A stretch of DNA of 64,000 nt, taken from an uncultured Clostridia bacterium (GTDB lineage: Bacteria; Bacillota; Clostridia; Christensenellales; UBA1242). Below are positions 18,325 through 28,134 of this stretch, piece after piece; within the stretch, counting starts at the first letter, position 1; each line of letters starts with the position of its first letter. A model generated the notes under the pieces. It was not told where the DNA came from, ran no database searches, and worked only from the letters and a program-made list of their open reading frames with translations. The translations under genes were made by a program, and so were the position numbers. Location of the stretch: NCBI GenBank assembly GCA_934757865.1, contig CAKVLS010000002.1, forward strand, positions 102,973 to 166,972, given 5' to 3'.

Positions 18325-19371
18325 ATGAGAAAAATAGTTTTGACAGGTGGAGGAACAGGCGGGCATGTTATCCCTCACCTTAGCATTTTAGACGCACTTA
18401 AAAAAGATTTTGAGGTTCATTATATCGGCACTGATGGCATCGAAAAAGACATAATGAAAGACACCGGAGTCATATATCACACAATCAAAGCAACTAAGCT
18501 CGACCGTAGTAAAAAGTTAAAAAATTTGACTATGCCGTTTAAGTTTTTGGCCAGCATAAGAGCATGCAAAAAAATCTTAAAAGAGATTAACCCTGATATA
18601 ATATTTTCAAAAGGCGGATATGTTTCGCTCCCTGTCGTGATAGCTGGCAAAAAGCTAAAAATAAAAACTATAAGCCATGAGTCCGACTACTCAATTGGGC
18701 TTGCTAATAAGATTATTTATAAGTATAGCGATGTCTTTTGTACAAGTTTCAAAGAAACCGCCGAAAATAGATCAAAAGCCGTTGTTACCGGTAGCCCTAT
18801 AAGAAAGAGCCTTTTTAACGGCAAAAAAGAAAATGGCTACAAGCTAGCACCTATTGATAAGACTAAACAAACTATACTTTTTATGGGCGGGTCTACTGGA
18901 GCTAAAGCATTAAATGACGCCGTGATAAAAGCTCTACCTGAGCTTACAAAAAGTTATAATATAATCAATATTGTTGGCAAAGGCAAAGGCTCAAATATAT
19001 CTATGAAAGGCTACTACCCTCTTGAATATGTGAGCCACATAGAAGATATCTTCGCTATCAGCGACTATATTGTATCAAGAGCGGGATCAAATGCGATTTT
19101 TGAGTTTGTAGCACTAAAAAAGCCAACTATACTAGTACCCTTGCCAAAAGGTGCAAGTCGTGGTGACCAGATAGAAAATGCAAAAAGTTTTGAGTCTCAA
19201 GGGCTAACTCATACCTTATATCAAGAAGATATAACGACAGAAAGTCTACTAAAAGCCATAGAAAAATTAAAACAAGACAGCCCAAAACTGATACAAAATA
19301 TGTCAAAAGCCAAGCTTCAAGACGGTGCTGACAATCTACTAAAAGAAATATATAAACTTGTAAATAAATAA
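18325..19371 (+). CDS. murG: undecaprenyldiphospho-muramoylpentapeptide beta-N-acetylglucosaminyltransferase
   Basis: N-terminal 'LTGGGTGGHVIPHLSI' glycine loop and a C-terminal GT28 region ('SRAGSNAIFEF', 'VPLP...RGDQIENA'). Confidence 0.9.
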   Translation: MRKIVLTGGGTGGHVIPHLSILDALKKDFEVHYIGTDGIEKDIMKDTGVIYHTIKATKLDRSKKLKNLTMPFKFLASIRACKKILKEINPDIIFSKGGYVSLPVVIAGKKLKIKTISHESDYSIGLANKIIYKYSDVFCTSFKETAENRSKAVVTGSPIRKSLFNGKKENGYKLAPIDKTKQTILFMGGSTGAKALNDAVIKALPELTKSYNIINIVGKGKGSNISMKGYYPLEYVSHIEDIFAISDYIVSRAGSNAIFEFVALKKPTILVPLPKGASRGDQIENAKSFESQGLTHTLYQEDITTESLLKAIEKLKQDSPKLIQNMSKAKLQDGADNLLKEIYKLVNK

Positions 19372-19459
19372 TAAAAAATATAAATAAAAGACAAAAAATG
19401 TTTTCGACAAATTATTTTTTCTAGTTATGCTAAACTCTTTTCAAAAAAGGAGACTTAAC

Positions 19460-20536
19460 ATGAAAAATAACAAGTTGAGAACATTTTTTATTATAGGTTT
19501 TATATTGTTGCTTATTCCATTTTCGATAGCCAAAATCAAAGTACCATCTCGTGCAAGCTCTAATATTACTATCACCTACCCACCTACCACAAATGCAGGT
19601 ATTAGTTATCTTAGTTTCTTTAATAAAGTCGAAAACTACGGAACTATCATTACGGCGTTTAGGGGCAACAACTATGTAGTTGTTTTTAGTGACGAAAACA
19701 AGACATATTTTGCCGACTTTAACTCTAGCGGATATAAGATAAGCGAAAAAGTTATTCTTGACACCACTTGCCACACTGGAATATACCATAATGGCAAAAT
19801 CATACTAATAAGCGGCGATTATGAATATACTTTAGACAAAACTGGCAAGCTAGAAACAAAAGCAAGCCTCTCAAGTCTAAATATAGAAAACTGCTACAAA
19901 ATAGCCAAAAATGACAGCAAATTAACATATTTTTGCATTGGAGATCCAAAAATTACCACTTTTGAGCAAAAAGTTATCATTTCTCACCCCAAAAAGTGCG
20001 TTTTAGTTAATAATAACATTTACTTTTTCTTAGGTGATGGAGAATTGTACATAACAGACTTTGATAAAAGTTTATGTTTTGAAGTTGACGAGTTTATAAG
20101 CGGCGATGTTATAGGGGAGCAAATTTTCTTCTGCGCCAAAGCAAAAGATAATTATATCGTTAGCCTAATTGAAGATTTTTCGGTTACTTTCACTACTGTT
20201 CTTGACGAAAAGGCAGACAATGTACTCTTCGAAAAGCAGTCAAATGGCATCAATATCTATGCTATAAAAGATGTCACATATAAGTACTTTGTCTGCAATC
20301 ATGGGGACATTATTAGCAAAAGTCTATTTAGCCAAAATGCAATAGTAAGCCTAAGTAGTGACGATTTTATTAAAGACGGAACTATAACATTTTTTATCAA
20401 GGATTATAAGTTCAAAACTCCACTAACATTTTATAGTAACTGCACCATACTAAGTAACAATTTTGTATTTTTTGAGAGTTACGACATGGAAACATTCGAA
20501 ACAGGCATTTATTTTGGCAAATTAAAAAACTTATAA
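19460..20536 (+). CDS. membrane-anchored/secreted hypothetical protein (358 aa)
   Basis: ATG 19460 after AAGGAG gives MKNNKLRTFFIIGFILLLIPFSIA (signal/anchor). The rest is beta-rich with no recognisable family. Confidence 0.5.
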   Translation: MKNNKLRTFFIIGFILLLIPFSIAKIKVPSRASSNITITYPPTTNAGISYLSFFNKVENYGTIITAFRGNNYVVVFSDENKTYFADFNSSGYKISEKVILDTTCHTGIYHNGKIILISGDYEYTLDKTGKLETKASLSSLNIENCYKIAKNDSKLTYFCIGDPKITTFEQKVIISHPKKCVLVNNNIYFFLGDGELYITDFDKSLCFEVDEFISGDVIGEQIFFCAKAKDNYIVSLIEDFSVTFTTVLDEKADNVLFEKQSNGINIYAIKDVTYKYFVCNHGDIISKSLFSQNAIVSLSSDDFIKDGTITFFIKDYKFKTPLTFYSNCTILSNNFVFFESYDMETFETGIYFGKLKNL

Positions 20537-20540
20537 AATA

Positions 20541-20572
20541 AAAAAGCACCTAGCATTTAGGTGCTTTTTTTT
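20541..20572. terminator. bidirectional rho-independent terminator
   Basis: AGCACCTA-gcatt-TAGGTGCT hairpin with A-run and T-run flanks, lying between convergent genes. Confidence 0.7.
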
Positions 20573-20579
20573 ATAAATA

Positions 20580-22979
20580 TTACTTATCTATCTTGTTAGC
20601 CCATCTTACTACAAGAGTTGCAGTCTTACCGCCTGGGATTTGAAGAGTAAGTTTTTGATTTTCGGTATCTACATTTTCTGCTGGTACGCCTTTTACTCTA
20701 GTAAATCCGTCTGGTAGTTCTATAGTTAGGTTAGATACTCTTAGAGCCTTTATCTTAATCTTTGCCCAGCCCTTAGCTCTATGGAATTCCATATCAAGTT
20801 TTAGGCTATTATTTAGAGTAAGTCCTGTGATTGAGCCTTTTGTAAACGCAAGTGGCAAGTTTCTAAATAGTATTAGTCTACCATTTTCGTAGTTTACAAA
20901 CATATTTTGAATAATGCTTACAAGTCCAGTATTCTTATCTATTGAATATGTTGGCCACTTGTCAACTCTACCTACGCCCATACCTCTATAGTCTGAGTTG
21001 GTGAATACTAAGTTGTTAGTCAAGAAGTTTTGAGTCAAGATCTCAAGTACTTCGTATGCACTATTGCTGTCGCCAGTAGTAGCCAAAGCCTCGGCTATGT
21101 TAACAAGGTTGCCAGATGTGAACAAGTCTCTTGATCTATTAAATCTTGCTTTTGCAGTATTTGCTACTATTTTGTTTAGGTCACGAGTTGAACCTTTGGC
21201 ATTGAAACCTATTGCATAAGGGAACAAGTGTGGAATATATGGAGTCTTGTTGTTAGTAATGAATACTGATGACAAGTACTCTTTTATAAGTCCTTCTTCG
21301 TCAATAGATATGTCAGGAATCTTAGCAAGTAAGTCTGACCATCTAGTTATATCCTCTTCTTCCATGCCAAGAGTTTTGCCTATCTCGGTTAAAATACCAA
21401 AAATCTCTTTTGCACATACAAAATCAACTGTACAGTTAGAAGCTATGCATAGTGGCTCTTTGTTCTTGCCGGCATAGTTAAGAGGTGTATTGTATGGAGA
21501 ATATCCAATAGGAGATTCTAAAGTCTTGGTAGTCTTATTAACTTTTAGCAAATCTTCATAAAACTCAGCTGTTTGAGTGATAAATTCCAAACCATACTCA
21601 CGCATAAACTCTATATCGTCTGTATGGATATAGTATTGATAGAACATTTCGCTAGCAAAAGCTGCCACATTAAAGTTAAGTATAACGCCCGGCTCAATAG
21701 AACCAAGAAGTCCAGAACCTGGAGCTTCTAGCGCTGGAACATAAACGCCTTTGCAGTTGTATAGACGAGTTGCATTCTTTTTGTAGTCGTCCATATTGTT
21801 GTAGTATCTCATAAGCAAAGGTTTAACTAAGCTAGACATACCACCATTAAATGCGAAGTCATATAGTCTTTGAGTTTGGAAGAAATTGTTACGAGTGCTC
21901 TCATATGCCTTATAATCTCCGTTAAAGTTGCCATATGGGTTAGCTGGGCTGCCGTCTTCTCTGCATGAGCAAATGAACAAATACTTACCATAAGCAAACA
22001 ATCTCTCAAGAAGTGCTGTAGGAAGCTCGCCATTAACTGTCTTGTCAATTAAGTCGTCTACAAAAGACTCTTGCTTTGCGTTAAGATTTAGGCTGCTTAG
22101 GTTCATAAGTTTAGAGTGAACAGCTGTATGCTCTTTCAAAAGCTTTTCGTAAGTAAGTTTTACTTGGCTAAGCTCTTTTTTGATATTCTCTTCTTCTTTT
22201 TCTTTTTGGCTATCTACATAAACTTTTGCAAATAGTGTTACTTTATCAGCGCCAACGACTTTGATACCGTCTTCGTCACAAGTTACTGCACCGCCTGTTG
22301 TTAGTACTCTCGCAACAGCACCATAGTCTGTACCGTTCTCGCTACGAACAGAATATGACATATAACCCTTAGCTGCGCTAAAATCATAATCTTCCGATAC
22401 TTGTGTAAAACCATTAGGTCCACGATTGTCAAACTTGTTATGAATAGTAAATTTTAACTTGCAATCGATAGTCTTGCTACCGCTCTTGGTAATCTGGTAA
22501 CAAATCATATCATTTACTCTAGATACGAACAAGTTTCTCTCAAATCTTGTGTTTTTGTCCTTATAAGAAACTGTAACCTCGCCGTTGTCCATGTTGACTG
22601 CTCTATAGTAGTCTTTTACCATTTTTTCTATAGGCATCTCAACTCTTAGGTCGCATAGTGGCAAAGGATATGATAGTTGTGGTCTATAAGACTTAACCAT
22701 TAGAGCCTTTGGCAAAACTTTTTCGGCATCAGCATAGTTTCCGTTATTGATGGCTGTTTTTACAGATTTGATTTTGTCTGATATATCTGGCAAAACACCA
22801 GTATGACCTTGCCACCACAAATCATGGTGATTGATCAAAATACTATCAAATCCTGCTCCACCTAGAACACTTGCGCCAATAAGACCGTTACCGGTAGGAA
22901 GCGCTTCCTTCCACATAGACCCCCAAAGACTTGCTGGGCGTCTAAATTTCAAAGTGTTATTTTTCTTAAAAACTGCCAT
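20580..22979 (-). CDS. glycoside hydrolase family 95 (alpha-L-fucosidase-type)
   Basis: ~800 aa. The N-terminal 'PASLWGSMWKEALPTGNGLIGASVLGG' is the characteristic GH95 N-terminal motif. No signal peptide is evident. Confidence 0.8.
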   Translation of the reverse strand: MAVFKKNNTLKFRRPASLWGSMWKEALPTGNGLIGASVLGGAGFDSILINHHDLWWQGHTGVLPDISDKIKSVKTAINNGNYADAEKVLPKALMVKSYRPQLSYPLPLCDLRVEMPIEKMVKDYYRAVNMDNGEVTVSYKDKNTRFERNLFVSRVNDMICYQITKSGSKTIDCKLKFTIHNKFDNRGPNGFTQVSEDYDFSAAKGYMSYSVRSENGTDYGAVARVLTTGGAVTCDEDGIKVVGADKVTLFAKVYVDSQKEKEEENIKKELSQVKLTYEKLLKEHTAVHSKLMNLSSLNLNAKQESFVDDLIDKTVNGELPTALLERLFAYGKYLFICSCREDGSPANPYGNFNGDYKAYESTRNNFFQTQRLYDFAFNGGMSSLVKPLLMRYYNNMDDYKKNATRLYNCKGVYVPALEAPGSGLLGSIEPGVILNFNVAAFASEMFYQYYIHTDDIEFMREYGLEFITQTAEFYEDLLKVNKTTKTLESPIGYSPYNTPLNYAGKNKEPLCIASNCTVDFVCAKEIFGILTEIGKTLGMEEEDITRWSDLLAKIPDISIDEEGLIKEYLSSVFITNNKTPYIPHLFPYAIGFNAKGSTRDLNKIVANTAKARFNRSRDLFTSGNLVNIAEALATTGDSNSAYEVLEILTQNFLTNNLVFTNSDYRGMGVGRVDKWPTYSIDKNTGLVSIIQNMFVNYENGRLILFRNLPLAFTKGSITGLTLNNSLKLDMEFHRAKGWAKIKIKALRVSNLTIELPDGFTRVKGVPAENVDTENQKLTLQIPGGKTATLVVRWANKIDK

Positions 22980-23181
22980 GTTTTATTACCTCAATATATT
23001 TCATTATACATATATAATTATATTTTGTAAAATATTTATCTAACTTATTTGCCCTATTTTAGAAAAAATATTTTTGAAAGCTAAGTCTCTTGCTCTCTTG
23101 TTTTTCAAAAAAGTTGTCACTATGAGACAAAAAAGGTACAAAGTATGGTTTATAATATATTTATAAAATGAGGGGGAAAAT

Positions 23182-23487
23182 ATGAAAAATTATTTAATCA
23201 TCTCGCTACTCGTGGACCTACTAAAATGCGACACCGAAAAGGCAAGTACACTTGCGGAGAAAAACGAAGTCAGCGTGAGAACAATATATAGATATCTTGA
23301 CTACTTAGAGTGCGCCGGCATACCTACTATAACTGTCATGGGTAAAAACGGCGGTATTGGTATTGATAAGAGTTTCAAACTCGACACATTAGTACTCACA
23401 AAAGACGAAAAGGGTTATCTCAAAAATTTAATTAACGATAACCCTTCTGGTTGTAGCGAAATGCTAGTTAAAAAATTAAATTTATAA
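23182..23487 (+). CDS. small HTH-domain transcriptional regulator (HTH_11 / YafY N-terminal-like, no WYL domain)
   Basis: 'STLAEKNEVSVRTIYRYLDYLECAGIPT' is the typical DeoR/YafY-type winged HTH. Only 101 aa. Confidence 0.6.
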   Translation: MKNYLIISLLVDLLKCDTEKASTLAEKNEVSVRTIYRYLDYLECAGIPTITVMGKNGGIGIDKSFKLDTLVLTKDEKGYLKNLINDNPSGCSEMLVKKLNL

Positions 23488-24630
23488 TCTCAACTTGCTG
23501 CCTTTTGCCCCCGAAAAGCCGTCAAACACAGATGAGTCAAAAGTTTTTCTTAAATGGCTACTCTTTTCATTTTGCATAATGGCGTCATCTATCATAGCGC
23601 TAAGTAGCTCGGCAAAAGTCATCTGCTCCTCCCATAGATAAAATGATAGCGACCCAGGTATTGTATTTACTTCACCGGCATAGACTTTTTGTGTCTTACC
23701 GTCTACTAAGTAGTCTATACGGACAACACCTTTTTTGATAAAATTATCATATATTTTTGTCGCACTTTGCTTGATATAATTTTCCATCTCGGGAGTTAAT
23801 TTTGCGGGCAATTCTCTACCCATACCGTCTAGCCCTCTTTTTCCACCTGCTAAATACTTATCCCCAAAACTTAGTATTTTATTTTTGTTAGCGGGACGCT
23901 CAATGAGTGAGGTTATAGTTTTCCCATTTTTTCTAGTGACGGCGATATTAAGTTCATATAAATTATTGACTGTTTCTTCTACTAAAACTTCATCATCATA
24001 ACAAAAAGCATCTTCTATACACTCTCTCAATTTAGTAGTAGTTTTTGCCTTACTGATACCTATACTGCTACCTTGACTATTAGGTTTAACGAAATATGGA
24101 GGCGTAATATTTTGTTTAACTTTTTCTATTACCTTGACCTTTTCGTCAAGGTATTTTTGTTTGTCAATTTTTATGCATTTTACGCTCTCAACACCTAGTT
24201 TACCAAAAGCTATTTTTGATAGATATTTATCCATAAAAATACCGCTAAAAGTATGCTCCGGAGCGGTGTGAGGGAGATTCATACTCTCAATAAAGCCCTG
24301 TATAGCCCCATTTTCGCCCGTACCACCATGCAGGCAAAATAGCACACAATCAATAGTAGCTAGTTTTTTAAGCTTATTTTTTAGGACATGGTACAAAGTT
24401 TTGTCCCGAAGAAACACTTCACCTTTTTGCTTTTTGGTGGCAAAATATTTTTGAATATTTTTGATGTTTTGGAAGTCATTAGAAAAATGCCACTTACCTA
24501 GTTTATCAATGACAACTGGGTAAATGGCATATTTATTTTTATCAATATTATTTATCGCTTGTACTCCGGTGATAAGTGATATATCGTGCTCGGTACTCAC
24601 TCCACCCATAAGTATCAAAATGTTTTGCAT
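23482..24630 (-). CDS. ddl: D-alanine--D-alanine ligase
   Basis: 'ILILMGGVSTEHDISL...', 'LHGGTGENGAIQG', and an ATP-grasp C-terminal part ('GEVNTIPG'). Start at ATG 24630 (MQNILIL) after AAAGGAG. The ORF-track start at 24678 is upstream of the SD. Confidence 0.9.
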   Translation of the reverse strand: MQNILILMGGVSTEHDISLITGVQAINNIDKNKYAIYPVVIDKLGKWHFSNDFQNIKNIQKYFATKKQKGEVFLRDKTLYHVLKNKLKKLATIDCVLFCLHGGTGENGAIQGFIESMNLPHTAPEHTFSGIFMDKYLSKIAFGKLGVESVKCIKIDKQKYLDEKVKVIEKVKQNITPPYFVKPNSQGSSIGISKAKTTTKLRECIEDAFCYDDEVLVEETVNNLYELNIAVTRKNGKTITSLIERPANKNKILSFGDKYLAGGKRGLDGMGRELPAKLTPEMENYIKQSATKIYDNFIKKGVVRIDYLVDGKTQKVYAGEVNTIPGSLSFYLWEEQMTFAELLSAMIDDAIMQNEKSSHLRKTFDSSVFDGFSGAKGSKLRL

Positions 24631-24683
24631 ATTTTCTCCTTTACAAAAATTATTATTTTTTATCTTTTGTAAAGGCAAATATA

Positions 24684-26327
24684 TTAAATGTAATTGTCTG
24701 GCAAATCGTTCTCAAATAGTACTGTATCGTTTGCTTTGACTATTTCTTGCAATTTTGATTTTGCCTCTTTTAGAGTATCAACGGAGTAAACTTTGGTCAT
24801 ATCAAACTTAGCACTTTCAAGACCGGCTTTGATTGACTCCAAGTTAACTCTATTAACTATTATGCATATATCTGCAACTTTTGCTATCTTTTCGCCAAAT
24901 TTGAAGTTCTCTTCTTTTTCTATCTTGCCTAGTTCTACAAGTCCAGGAGTTACTACTATTCTATTACTTTCAAACTTAGATAGTACTTCAAGCGCTGCCT
25001 CAACACCTTCTACACTTGCATTATACGAGTCGTCTAGTATAGTGATGCCGTTTTGATTTTCTTTTAGTTCTAGTCTGTGAGGTACTGGTTTTAGGTCCTT
25101 GATAGCTGATTTTATTTCCTCTACGCTAAGACCTAATTCTAGTGCCATATCTACACATAGTAGTAGGTTATTAACATTGTGTTTACCTACAAGGCGAGTA
25201 GAAAAATGTTCGTCCTTCCCATCAATATTTAGGTTAAAGGTTGTACCCTTTTTACCTACTCTTACTCTTGAGACTTTGATTCTGCTCTCTTTTACATTGC
25301 CAACTACATCTTTTCTAACAGGGCACTTTTGGTACAATCTATATGCACCTTCGTTCTCGCCAAAGAATACTGCATAGCCGTCTTCTGGAAGTCCCTCTAT
25401 TAGTTCGTATTTTGTTTTTTCTATGTTTTCTATGCTACCAAACGATAACATATGTTGACTGCCAATATTGGTAATAATTGCGTATTTTGGATTAGTAAAC
25501 TCTACTAAGTCTTTGATATCGCCGACATTTCTTGCACCCATCTCAATGATAAGCACTTGATTTTCTGGTTTTAGGTAGTCGTTAACTACTTTTGAAACAC
25601 CAATCAAAGTATTAAAACTATGAGGGGTCATACATACATTGTACTTTTTTGAAAGTATCGAATTAAGCATATACTTAGTACTTGTTTTGCCATAACTACC
25701 AGTGATACCTATTTTGATTAGGTCAGGACGCTTTTTTAGTCTAAGTTTAGCCTCAAACAAATATCTACCAGTAATTGCATTTTCAAGTGGTACAAGTATA
25801 AGGTGTACAATAGGTACAAGTATTGGAAGAAGTAACGGAGTTAGTGTCAAAAAACTAAATGCATAAGGTGTGTATGGCATAGGTATGATATAGTAGAAAA
25901 ATGCAATTATAAAAAATGTTAAAGCTGCAACCACAAAACCAAAGAACACATTAAGTCTAGACATACGAGCGGTATTTTTTAGGGGCACTTTTTTGGGTGC
26001 TGAATAAAGGTTGATAATAAATACAATAGTAAGGAAAAAGTAAAATATTAACCCAAGGTATGTAAACAAGAAGTTACTATTAAACTTTTGGAACAATACA
26101 TTGACTACGCACGATGCCGTCGCACTCAAAAACGAAAGCATTGTTATACGGAAAATATATTTTGCCTTAGTATCTCTTAGCCACAAAAAGTAGCCTTTTA
26201 CTTTGTATCCAGTAAGCTGGATTATTTGGAAAAATTTGTACGCAGCAAAGCATAGGGCTACGCCATTAAGTATAGACAGCCCCAAAGCTATGTACATATT
26301 GATATTACTTGCTACAAAAAATTTCAT
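24684..26327 (-). CDS. murF: MurF-type Mur ligase (UDP-MurNAc-tripeptide--D-Ala-D-Ala ligase) fused to an N-terminal ~185-aa polytopic membrane domain
   Basis: 'IGITGSYGKTSTK' P-loop, 'SFNTLIGVS', 'IEMGARNVGDI...ITNIGSQHMLSFGS', 'GKHNVNNLL', 'PHRLE', 'DDSYNAS'. Residues 1-~185 form about five hydrophobic helices instead of the usual soluble N-domain. Adjacent to ddl. Confidence 0.8.
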   Translation of the reverse strand: MKFFVASNINMYIALGLSILNGVALCFAAYKFFQIIQLTGYKVKGYFLWLRDTKAKYIFRITMLSFLSATASCVVNVLFQKFNSNFLFTYLGLIFYFFLTIVFIINLYSAPKKVPLKNTARMSRLNVFFGFVVAALTFFIIAFFYYIIPMPYTPYAFSFLTLTPLLLPILVPIVHLILVPLENAITGRYLFEAKLRLKKRPDLIKIGITGSYGKTSTKYMLNSILSKKYNVCMTPHSFNTLIGVSKVVNDYLKPENQVLIIEMGARNVGDIKDLVEFTNPKYAIITNIGSQHMLSFGSIENIEKTKYELIEGLPEDGYAVFFGENEGAYRLYQKCPVRKDVVGNVKESRIKVSRVRVGKKGTTFNLNIDGKDEHFSTRLVGKHNVNNLLLCVDMALELGLSVEEIKSAIKDLKPVPHRLELKENQNGITILDDSYNASVEGVEAALEVLSKFESNRIVVTPGLVELGKIEKEENFKFGEKIAKVADICIIVNRVNLESIKAGLESAKFDMTKVYSVDTLKEAKSKLQEIVKANDTVLFENDLPDNYI

Positions 26328-27052
26328 ATTTCCTTCCTTAAAAAGTTATTGATTATTTGCCCAAAGGCAAAGCTATTCTCTAGGTAGCAAAAGTGCCCAC
26401 TAGGATAAACTATAAGTTCACTATTTTTTATATGCCGTTTTAGAGTTTTTGCCATATATAGAGGCGTTTCTTTATCAAAGCGTCCCCATACAAGCAGTGT
26501 ATCACACTTTATGTTTTTTAGCATATCATTTTGGTAATAGTTAACGATTTTGACAAAAGTTTTTTTCATTATTGGGCTCAAATTTTTATAATCTTTACTA
26601 CCAAAACTATCTAGAGCACTTTTGTCCAAAGTCCCTTTTTGCACTTTTTCCTTAATATGCTTATACCGTATCTGGCATAAATATTTTTTTACACAAAATT
26701 TTGGTTTGAGTCCTGCGCTAGAAGTCAAAAGCATTTTGTTTACAACATTATACTTGCTAGCTAGTTCAATAGCTACCCTACCGCCAAAAGAATGTGCAAC
26801 TATATTTACTTTTTCTACTTTTTCAGTTTTTAGCACAAGAAGAACTATATTTACATAGTCGTCAAGCGAGTACTCAATTTTTGGCTCTTGACTTTTGCCA
26901 AAGGGCGGGAAATCAATAAGTATATCTCCATCTCTGCTCAAAAACTCAAAACTTTTTGTGCTGCCGCCCCAGCCATGAAGAAACAAAATTGGCATAGGGC
27001 TTTTGCCTTTTCTTTTGTAATATACTTTAGAATCTTTATATATTACAAACAA
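26324..27052 (-). CDS. alpha/beta-fold hydrolase
   Basis: 'ILFLHGWGGS' oxyanion region and the nucleophile elbow 'AHSFGG'. TTG start preceded by AGGAGAG. Stop overlaps the murF start (ATGA). Confidence 0.7.
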   Translation of the reverse strand: MFVIYKDSKVYYKRKGKSPMPILFLHGWGGSTKSFEFLSRDGDILIDFPPFGKSQEPKIEYSLDDYVNIVLLVLKTEKVEKVNIVAHSFGGRVAIELASKYNVVNKMLLTSSAGLKPKFCVKKYLCQIRYKHIKEKVQKGTLDKSALDSFGSKDYKNLSPIMKKTFVKIVNYYQNDMLKNIKCDTLLVWGRFDKETPLYMAKTLKRHIKNSELIVYPSGHFCYLENSFAFGQIINNFLRKEI

Positions 27053-27061
27053 ATTTCTCTC

Positions 27062-27499
27062 CTACATATATAGCCACATAATATAAGCTGATGTATTATT
27101 CTTATAATATGATTTTCTCACATTAGTTGTGATAAACCCAAGTTTTTTGTATAGGTTAATAGCTGGCAAATTCTTTTCGCTAACCTCAAGAGAAACTGCG
27201 TATATCTCTTTTTTCTTAGCGTCAGCAATTAGCCTATTTAGTAGTCTTATAGCTATACCAGTTTTGCGGTACTCAGGGTCAACCGCTACACTTATGATAG
27301 AATAATCTGTTCCGGTATTCCAAGCGCCGGCGTAGCCAACTACTCTCTCCCCATCAAGAGCCACAAAATACACTCTAGACTCGTTTGTAAGTTCGTCCAA
27401 AAATATACCCTTTGTCATAGGCTCTTCTTCAAAGCATTTTAGATGAAGGTGGTACATTTGGTCATAGTGCCTATCATCGCACCTATATATTTCAACCAC
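27062..27499 (-). CDS. rimI: ribosomal-protein-alanine N-acetyltransferase (GNAT)
   Basis: GNAT acetyl-CoA motif 'VDPEYRKTGIAIRLLNRL'. Canonical position after tsaE-tsaB. 1-nt overlap with tsaB. Confidence 0.8.
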   Translation of the reverse strand: MVEIYRCDDRHYDQMYHLHLKCFEEEPMTKGIFLDELTNESRVYFVALDGERVVGYAGAWNTGTDYSIISVAVDPEYRKTGIAIRLLNRLIADAKKKEIYAVSLEVSEKNLPAINLYKKLGFITTNVRKSYYKNNTSAYIMWLYM

Positions 27500-28134
27500 T
27501 ATTTGTTCTCCTTACTTTTTAGTTGCTCCTCAGCTTGACTCAACCCTATATAACATGGAGATAACTTTTCGCTAAACTCGCCCTTTCTTATCTTGTCCAT
27601 TACATAGTCATTTAGGTCCTTTTCGTCTACGCTAACCATTTCTCCCCCAAGAGTACTAGCTGGAGTTATAATTTTTGCATCTTTAACATATTCGCCAAGA
27701 TGTTCTAGTTCTACAACGCTATCATCTTCTAGCCTTTTGCCATTTTCAAATATTGCCAAATATACTTTTTTGATAGTGGTAGGTATAATAGCTGCTACCT
27801 TTGATGCATCTTGAGTCTTCTTATAGTAGCTATTATACAATAGTTCCATTGCGTTAACAGCTATGGCTTTGATTTTTTTATTTACCATCATCATAGCTTT
27901 TGCGGTCGAAACAGCAATTCTTATACCTGTAAAAGACCCCGGTCCAACTACTACGCCTATGTAGTCCAAATTGGCTACATTAAAATTTTTCTTAGTAAGT
28001 AGTTCATCAACAGCTGGCATCAAAGTCTCCAAATGTTTAGGTGTATTGTACTTTTTGCCAATTATTAGCTCATCACTTGCATTAAGTGCTACTAGCATAT
28101 TGCTGCTAGATGTGTCCATTATTAGTGTGTTCAT
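27499..28134 (-). CDS. tsaB: tRNA t6A37 biosynthesis protein TsaB (YeaZ)
   Basis: 'LIMDTSSSNMLVAL' and 'VVVGPGSFTGIRIAVSTAKA' are hallmark YeaZ motifs. Confidence 0.85.
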   Translation of the reverse strand: MNTLIMDTSSSNMLVALNASDELIIGKKYNTPKHLETLMPAVDELLTKKNFNVANLDYIGVVVGPGSFTGIRIAVSTAKAMMMVNKKIKAIAVNAMELLYNSYYKKTQDASKVAAIIPTTIKKVYLAIFENGKRLEDDSVVELEHLGEYVKDAKIITPASTLGGEMVSVDEKDLNDYVMDKIRKGEFSEKLSPCYIGLSQAEEQLKSKENK

